The position numbers were made by a program, and so were the translations under genes. A model generated the notes under the pieces. It did not search any database, was not told where the DNA came from, and was given only the letters and a program-made list of their open reading frames with translations. A stretch of DNA of 64,000 nt from Eledone cirrhosa (Eukaryota): NCBI GenBank assembly GCA_964016885.1, contig OZ024742.1:177506001-177570000 (forward strand), read 5' to 3'. Shown here piece by piece: positions 55,989-64,000 of this stretch; within the stretch, counting starts at the first letter, position 1, and each line of letters begins with the position of its first letter.

Positions 55989-58900
55989 CCAACTGTGTTT
56001 TATAAATGTTGACATAACCAAGGAAAATATACCTTACCGGTTCAAGTTTTCCTTGGATAGTGAAGGGATAAGAGAAGAAAAGTCAGATATTTCAAATTAT
56101 TAAGATGAGTATGCAAATGAGGTTTAAGTAAAGGGCTGAAAAAAAGGTTATTTTAGACGCTATGGAGAATTTAAATAATTATAAGTTTTTGTATGCGTAG
56201 GAAAGAAGATAAAAAGGAAGAAGAGCTAACATTTAGGGGAAAACATTTGGGGGAAAAACGTGGAATATGATTCCAGAGGTTAAATTTAAATTTATTTACA
56301 TATAACATGAGTTATAATATTGTATATATAATCAATTAGATTATATGAAGAATTATGGTTGTAAGTATTTTTATCTTATTACATTACGATAGGCTATATG
56401 TATATACATATCTATATATATTAATAATTGTGTATGTATTAGTATTATAGAGATAGGAAATAATTTACAATTATTAGTTGTTTATATATCTAATATGAGT
56501 TACGAAGGTGTTGATTTTGTATTTTACTTCAAAAAAATAGGTGGTTCAAGTTGTGAGAGGAGAACAATTTGTGGATTCGAAAATTGTGTACAGCATTGAG
56601 AATGTTTTCAGAATATTGTTAATTTAGCGAAGTTATATAGATTATCAAACATAATATGTTTATGTTTGTACGATTGAGAAAGGAAAGATAACTCCAATTT
56701 TGTTTGTTAACCGTTAATTTTGAAGTGTGATTTATTCCAAAATATATAGAGAAAATTACATATTATTTTGTGTGAGTTTAATTATTTTAGTCGAAAGATG
56801 TGTGAATGTTTGAATAACAAAATAAATTTTCAGAATGTCATTTAAAGAGGATAAATTTTCAGAATGTCATTTAAAGATTGTCAATCTACATCTAAAAAAA
56901 ATATATTTAGAGGGGTGTCATTAGAAAAATAATGTCACAATTAAAAATAATGTCAGAATTAAAAGTAATGTCGGAATTAAAAATATTAAATATATATATT
57001 AAAAATATGAGAAATATTAGAGATATTAAACAAATTTAGAAATATTAAAAATATTAAAAAATTTACATTTAAATCTTTTTTAAAAGATACGATCATTTTG
57101 AAGGTGTATAGGAATATTATAAATTAAAAATAGTTCTGAACGTGAAATTTTGGCGATGTCTGCAAGCAGAAAATAATTATTTTCTAAGTTTAATAGAGTT
57201 TTGTCAGTTAATTTTATAAATAATTTCTTCGATACACAATTTACATAATCTTTATAAAGCCATATTTCGGTATACAGGTGCTTTCGAAATCGTTCTCCAA
57301 GTCTATATTGTTATCTTTTAAGTTCCAAATTAGATGTGAAAGTGAAGTAGAAGATTTGTTATCAGATATCCTAAATGTATGATTATGGTTATTCCAGCGT
57401 TCTTTAACTTTTGTTGAAGTGGCACCAACATAGTTAAACATTTTGTCTCTAGTTTTAACTGTGCATTTATAAACTACGTTTTTGTCTAAACAATTATTTT
57501 GTAAAGGGCAGTTTGATTTGATTCTACAGTTACATTTACTGGAGTTATTGTTGTTCAGAACGGTACTATTATTCTGAATATTGTTGTTAGAAATATTATT
57601 ATTGCTATTTTGGGTAGTTTGGTTAGGGTTTAAATTTAAGTTTCTATTATTAATTCTATTTATATGTTGTGCTATGTTCATAGTAGTAGAGTAGGATAGT
57701 TTTATAGTGTGTCTGTTAAAGATAGAGTGGTATCTGTGGGCTTTAGGAAAACATGTATCTAGTGATTTAAAGAATATCTTTGCTAAGGGTGTTTTAACGC
57801 TTAATGAGAATGGGGGAGAGTACCAAATAATATTTCTAGTTCTAGTTTTTCTGTTTGGTTTAGTGTTTAAGTTAAATTGATTATTATTATTATATTAATA
57901 CTAGGATGATTCGTCATGTTATTGTTACCTATGTATTTAATTCTATTCGAGTATCCTGCTCTATGTAAGGCTTCATTATAATATTGAGCCTTATCATCAA
58001 CAATATTTTTATTAGCGGAGATGCGTGAAATCCCTTGTTGGACGCTATTGACAATAGTGTTTTTAATACTTCTAGGATGATTAGAATTGAAACTTACATA
58101 ATTTAGATTTTCGTTAATTTTATGGAAAGGATAGTAAAGATCTGTGTTAAGGTTTAAGGTTATATCTAAGAAGTTAACGATTTTGTAGTTATTCTCTATT
58201 TCTAATTTACGGTTGTAGTTGTTGAAAAATTGTATTATGGATTTTCTTTACCTATTAATTTCACTATTGCTATGGTTTTCAATTAAAAGCAACATATCGT
58301 CACGATATAAATCTCCTGTCATCTCTGGCATTTTCCTATGCAGTACATTATTAATAAATAATCTAACGAGGTCCGTTAGTTGCGCCGAATCAGATCATCC
58401 CATACTGATATCAAAATTATTTTTTCTGTCGGCTCTTGTCCAGAGATGATTATTAAATTCTATTAGTGTTTTACGTGCTGTTAGAATTATATTCATTTCA
58501 TCACTAGATAAGTATGTATGTTTAGACGCGTAGACATGTCCCTTATTAAGTAAACTAGGGTTAATAGAGGAGTAGTAACTTGCAATATCCATTTGAATGA
58601 AGCCTTTGTTATGTTTTAATTTTATGTTATTGAACCAATCTATAACTTCATTAGTACCGTTCCATAGTTTAAGGTGTGATTTTTCTTTAAGTAGTGATAT
58701 AATTCTATCTAATATATGTTTGCTAATTATGCCTAAGTCCGATTTAGATGGTGCGATGAGCCTGACTGGTAGTTTAATTTCAAAATTTCTTTTGTGGTCC
58801 TTCGGGTTAATTTTCGGTTTTCTATGTATAAAGGGTTCAGTCCTATTTTGGATACCTAATTTATAAATAATTTCAGAAGCTTCTCTATTTAATGTTGAAA

Positions 58901-59363
58901 GATGTTATTTTGTAATGATTAGATGTTATATTGTAGTTTTTTCTGAGTTCTTTCAATATAAGGTTATTATATTCGTCCTTTTCCATACCATATAAATTAT
59001 TAGTTTTATCAGATTTTACGAGGATCCTCTTAGTTTTTTCTAGATTGTCTATTTTATTCTTGAAGCCTTTAAGGCTATAAATTGTTTTATTTTTATTTAA
59101 TGTTTTGTATAATAGATATTACTTCATTTTCAAATTCGGCTAGTAGTTTATTGCTAGGTGGATTCTTCTTAGATTTCAAGACAAGATCAAAGTTGTAACT
59201 GGAATTATTTATTTTGTCATGCGATTTTCTATCAAAATGGAAAGCACGCCATCTAAGTTTTTGTATAAAGGAGTCAGATTTCTCAATGAGTTGTTTTAGA
59301 TATTCATTATTTTTATCTTTTAGAGAAGAAGAAATCCTAAAGAAATTAATAAAACACACTTCG

Positions 59364-59424
59364 TATTTTATCTGATGATAGCGTACCAAAGTTTTGGTAC
59401 CCTTGAAATATATATAATAGAATA
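59364..59424 (+). ncRNA. Type I hammerhead ribozyme (inverted 5' pLTR)
   Basis: tattttat CTGATGA tagc-gtaccaaa-gt-tttggtac-cctt GAAA tatata TA atagaata. Confidence 0.75.
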
Positions 59425-59639
59425 AATATGGTTTTATAAATATAGTTTCTATTTATTTAATATCATTTAAATCTGTCGAGTGCTCTGAATCAGTTATACA
59501 CATTTATATTTGTTGAATTACCAACAAATTAAATATCCCTTCTGTATATATTAAATGTAAAGGATATATATATATAAATTAAACAAATTCATAGATACTG
59601 TATATATTTTATCTAATGATTCTTTGGACTTACATTTAT

Positions 59640-59701
<62 letters not shown>

Positions 59702-59853
59702 TTTGAGTATATGTTGGATGTTTACCGACACCCTAGTATGCAGATTGGAGCACTCGACGAAGTACGCAGGTTGGTTTGTTTACTCCGGAGTAATGTAAAA
59801 TAATTAAGTCGAATATGTAAAATTTGGCTTCGATTATTATAAATTATAAATAT

Positions 59854-59908
59854 ACTGCTATATCTATTTCGGTGACAGCCATCATTGGCTGTGACCTCTT
59901 CAGGCAGT
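59854..59908 (-). ncRNA. Type I hammerhead ribozyme
   Basis: Minus strand: actgc CTGAAGA ggtcacagcca-atga-tggctgtcacc GAAA tagata TA gcagt. Confidence 0.82.
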
Positions 59909-60147
59909 CCGAATTGGTTTGGGAAAGACAGGTACACATGTTGTTGAAGTTTGTTTTACTCCGTCAATACATCGATATATCCAGCTCCTGGTTGTATTGA
60001 TATTTCTTTCAGGAAATGGAATCATATCATATGATTCCATTTCCTCAGAAAAATAACAACACAACCGGAAGCTGGACATATCGATATATTGACGGAGTAA
60101 AACAAACTTCAACAACATGTCTACCTGTCTTTCCCACACCAATTCGG

Positions 60148-60202
60148 ACTGCCTGAAGAGGTCACAGCCAATGATGGCTGTCACCAAAATATTTATAGCA
60201 GT
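60148..60202 (+). ncRNA. Hammerhead copy with G12A (predicted inactive)
   Basis: Same motif as 59854-59908 but AAAA replaces GAAA. Confidence 0.65.
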
Positions 60203-60994
60203 ATATTTATAATTCATAATAAAGAAGCCATGTTTTACATATTTGACTCAATTATATATATATATATCTGTCTCACAGTATTTCTCCCTTAACAAAAACA
60301 ACAACAACTGCAACATTATAGGGAAATTCTTTCATCTTTACGCGGTCGATAAAATAAAGTAAAGATAATTCATTGGGATAATTTCTGGCCTTGTGCCAAA
60401 GGTAGAAACAACTATTACACTACGCTAAAATACTACGCTATCCCACTACACTATAATACTATATTAATAATACACCAGACTATAATACACAACACTGTTT
60501 ATACTACACTCTTGTATACATGGGCCCGCAAACCCTGATAGGGGCTACGTAGTGACCAGAGTGATAGTGTAATATAATATTCCACTGTATTAATGAAGTG
60601 TAATAATGTGTAGTGTATTTGGTAAAGGTAATGGCCCACTTCAGCCACGAATAACCATATAATTTACACCTAGAAAGTTCCTATTCAGGGTAGAAGCCCT
60701 GGCCAAACGTTTTTGTGGATGACCAGTAGTCGCCCTTGTTTACCAGTCGCCCTTCCCCATGCCACCGATGTTGTCCAAGGGAAAGGCAAAGTTCTATACA
60801 GCCTGGCACCAGTGATGTCGCAATTGGTTTCTTTCCAGCTGAATGAACTGATTTAATGTGTAATAAACAGTCGTGCTGAAGGACAACACACCATCTGTCT
60901 AAGTATCGTCCTCACAGCCTCACCATTTTGATCACAATGATCTAACCACTAAGCTGTCCGTGTAATAGTATAATATAATTGTATATTCTATTAA

Positions 60995-61315
60995 ATGTTT
61001 CTACTTTAGGCACAAGAAACAAGGCCAGCAATTTGAAGAGGAGGGGAAACTACTGCTACTACTACTACTCAGAATAATAACAACAACAACAACAATAATT
61101 ATTATTTCTAATTTAGGTACAAAGCCGGCAATTTTTTATTTTTTTTTGTCGAGAAAATTGATTAAATCGACCCCAGGGCGTTACTGGTACTTTATTTAAT
61201 CGAACCCGTACGGATAAAAGGCAAAGTTAACCTCAGCGAGATTCGAAATCAGAACGCAAAATACCACGAAGCATGTTGTCCGACGCTCTACCGATACTGC
61301 GAATTCTCCACCCTA
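60995..61315 (-). mobile_element. Nin-type SINE (one fragment + one near-full copy)
   Basis: ttactggtactttatttaatcgaaccc...ggcaaagttaacctcagcgagattcgaaatcagaac...gacgctctaccgatactgc. Confidence 0.78.
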
Positions 61316-61367
61316 TTGTATGTTCTGATAATGCAGTGTATTAGTTTATTACGGTTATGTTGTAGAG

Positions 61368-61684
61368 CAGGAGTGTGCAACATATTCTATTGGCAGGCCA
61401 CTTTTGAAAGTTGGAACAACTATTAGGGCCATTAAAATGTATTAAGCATGATTCCAAAGATTCACCACAACGTCTTTCCATAACGTAGAAGTGGGAAATT
61501 ATAACACACATAACCCTATCAGTGAAGCCCTTTAGTATAGGTCAATTAACAGAAAATTGTATTACGGTTACGAAAAATATTCTATATAAACCTACAAAGT
61601 AAAAAAAAAACGGTCATCGTGGGCCACTCTGACTGGTCTGGCGGGTCGGATTTTGGTCTGTGGGCCGCCTGTTGCATGCTCCTG
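61368..61684. mobile_element. hAT-family (Charlie-like) MITE
   Basis: TIRs CAGGAGTGTGCAAC / GTTGCATGCTCCTG, with a perfect 8-bp TSD TTGTAGAG at 61360-61367 and 61685-61692. Confidence 0.88.
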
Positions 61685-61941
61685 TTGTAGAGTATTAGTG
61701 TGATACTGTGGTGTTATTGTATATTGTAATACTGTAGTGTCGTAATGTAATATAGATAGTGCTGCTGTAGTGTCATAATCTAGTATAGATAGTGCTGCTA
61801 TAGTGTTATAATGTATTATAAATAGTACTGCTGTAGTGTCATAATCAAGTATAAATAGTGCTGCTATAGTGTCATAATCTAGTATAGATAGTGCTGCTAT
61901 ATTGTCATAATCTAGTATAGATCGTGCTGCTGTAGTGTCAT

Positions 61942-62126
61942 AATTGTTTCTACTTTTGGCACAAGGCCAGCAATTATCCCAGTACATTACTGGTACTTTA
62001 TTTTATCGACCCCGTAAGGGTGAAAGGCAAAGTTAACTTCGGCGGGATTTGAACTCAGAATGGCAAAGGCCGTAACTCTTTGCGTCAAAGCATGGCGTCC
62101 GACCCTCTACCGATACTGCCAATCCA
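61942..62126 (-). mobile_element. Nin-type tRNA-derived SINE, near full length
   Basis: ggcacaaggccagcaatt...ttttatcgaccccgtaagggtgaaaggcaaag...gggatttgaactcag...taccgatactgccaatcca. Confidence 0.85.
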
Positions 62127-62231
62127 GTGTCATAATCTAGTATAAATAGTGCTGCTATAGTGTCATAATCTAGTATAGATAGTGCTGCTGTAGGGTTATA
62201 ATGTAGTATAAATTGAGCTGCTGTAGTGTCA

Positions 62232-62418
62232 TAATTGTTTCTACGTTAGGCACAAGGCCAGCAATTAACCAGTGCATTACTGGTACTTTATTTTATCGAC
62301 CTCGTAAGGATGGAAGGCAAAATCAACCTCGGCGGGATTTGAACTCAGATCGTAAAGTGACGTAACTATGCTGGAAAGCATGGCGTCCGATGCTCCACCG
62401 ATACTGCCAATCCACCGC
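62232..62418 (-). mobile_element. Nin-type tRNA-derived SINE, near full length
   Basis: Same family as 61942-62126. Confidence 0.85.
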
Positions 62419-64000
62419 TATAGATAGTGCTGCTGTAGTGTCATAAGGAGGTATAAATAGTGCTGCTGTAGTGTCATAATCTAGTATATACTCTAGGTGT
62501 AGTGTAACAATGCCGTGTGAAATTAAAATGTGATTTCGTTCTATTTAATGAAATGGTGTGGTTTAAGAGTGTGAGTGTAATAGTTTCATTGTTTGGATTA
62601 TTCTCATACTTGGAAAGGATACTGCAGAATGCCTAAAGCAAGAAATCATCTAGCGTTTCCGAAATTTTTTGGTGAAAAATAAATGTTTTCAGTCTTTCTT
62701 TTCGTAGGTGTTTACGTCTTCTGTCTGGTTGTGTCTACTGGAAAGATAAGAACATAGTTAGACAGTTATTTCTGTTCACTATTCTATATATAAAAGGCAT
62801 TCATTACATCTCCTACACCTTTATCTGCTAGCAGAGCCGATAAAACATTATTTTCGTAGACAACTGAACAGATGAATACTGATGAGTGGTTTTCAGAACT
62901 GAGATCAAATACAAGTTGAGCGTTACTAAAATAACGATACCACATATATATTGAGCTTTACGCTTTCATTCGTCTACTTTAAATAGTTTTGTAATTTATC
63001 TATCTCTGATATGACGAGCTAAACATACAGCCTTTACCTACTCGACTGGCTAGAAACAGGAGCGAGATTAGTTTAAAAAATTGAAAGACACATCAAGTAG
63101 TGTAGTCTTAGACAGCTTTCAAAAAATGTTAGGGCCACGACCCAAATGCCTTTCTTTAATGTGTCTCTTCCATCATAGTTGATCCGGATCTAGACATCAA
63201 CCTCCCTGATAACCATAAACCGATTCTCTTCACTTTGCTAAGTATCTCTAAAAATGTAAATAAACGTCGTCTTATTCGACGTCATGCGTAGCTACTTTAA
63301 AGCCGCTCCGTGGGTCAATAAAATCAATTAGAGCGTATTGAGTATTTCATCGTTTAGCTTAATCAGAGAAATATGTCAAGCATTATTGATATTCACAGCA
63401 ATGAAGAGTGTTTTATAATAGTTTGATAAGAAATGTAAATTAACGACCAAGAACAAATTCAAAAGAGAATTATTTCTAGATAAGTTTTAATTAACTTGCC
63501 AATCAATAATTGCTGGTTTAATTAGTTTTTCTAGTTGCATCAATGTTCATGTGCAACATAATCTGATTACAGCTTGTAGAGGTTAGTCAATGGTAGCACA
63601 CTCTCATTCTATAGCAACCCATTTGTCTCTAAACAAAACCGAAATTTACACATAAACTGCCGACAGCTAATCAATGTAAGGCATACTTGTTGATGTTCTA
63701 TAATATTATATGATGTTAAAGGTGTTCTTTTGGAATTTAACAATTAGAGATCTTGTTGATATCAGAACCTGGCTGACAGAATATATTGGAGTCATAATCC
63801 CATTTCTAAATAGAGTCCTGTAAAAGGACTTGAACACTCGTAGTTCATTCACTGTTCCCTCTGTTTGTAGTGTTCTGTTGTGTCTATCTATGTAGAGTAG
63901 ATCCAAGCCCACTAAATCCAGTCAGGAATAAGTATTTTAGCTACAGACACTATGAATAGACGTAAGGAAATAGGAACTGTCCAACACTCAATTGAGAAGC

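Larger units (their letters stand above)
55881..59470 (-). mobile_element. Penelope-like element (RT + GIY-YIG, multiply frameshifted) with 3' pLTR and inverted 5' pLTR
   Basis: FIQKLRWRAFHF, VRLIAPSKSDLG, DIASYYSSI, LYRDD, CNCRIKSNCPLQNNCL..VVYKCTV..YVGAT. 55885-56003 is the reverse complement of ~59349-59467; (TA)n at the 3' end. Confidence 0.9.
59801..60254. mobile_element. ~454-bp diverged palindrome of two head-to-head pLTR-like arms
   Basis: Arms are reverse-complementary around ~60027; each carries an HHR motif; (TA)n nearby on both sides. Confidence 0.88.
61730..62490. repeat. 33-bp minisatellite interrupted by two SINEs
   Basis: Unit gtgtcataatctagtatagatagtgctgctgta. Confidence 0.92.

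Overview
AT-rich eukaryotic DNA saturated with microsatellites and retroelements. The SINE families and repeat style suggest a coleoid cephalopod (octopus-like), which is an inference. No host protein-coding gene can be called with confidence, and most ORF-track entries are translations of (TA)n/(CA)n/(CATA)n. Supported content: three Penelope-like elements (PLEs) with a C-terminal GIY-YIG endonuclease, two keeping the RT core and an inverted pseudo-LTR (pLTR), plus two further GIY-YIG remnants; a near-full-length R4/Dong-type LINE with three truncated copies, all ending in (CATA)n; short bipartite RTE-derived elements; many tRNA-derived SINEs; a hAT MITE with an 8-bp TSD; and minisatellites. 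The main signal is about 16 type I hammerhead ribozyme (HHR) motifs read by eye, mostly with palindromic minimal helix III. They lie in PLE pLTRs and in small non-coding tandem/inverted 'retrozyme-like' units next to (TA)n tracts. Highlights are a ~467-bp monomer family pairing an octamer (ATGCAAAT) with an HHR, an HHR with a 116-nt helix II domain, and a recurrent non-canonical pair at the base of helix II. All RNA structures were paired by hand and none is tested.
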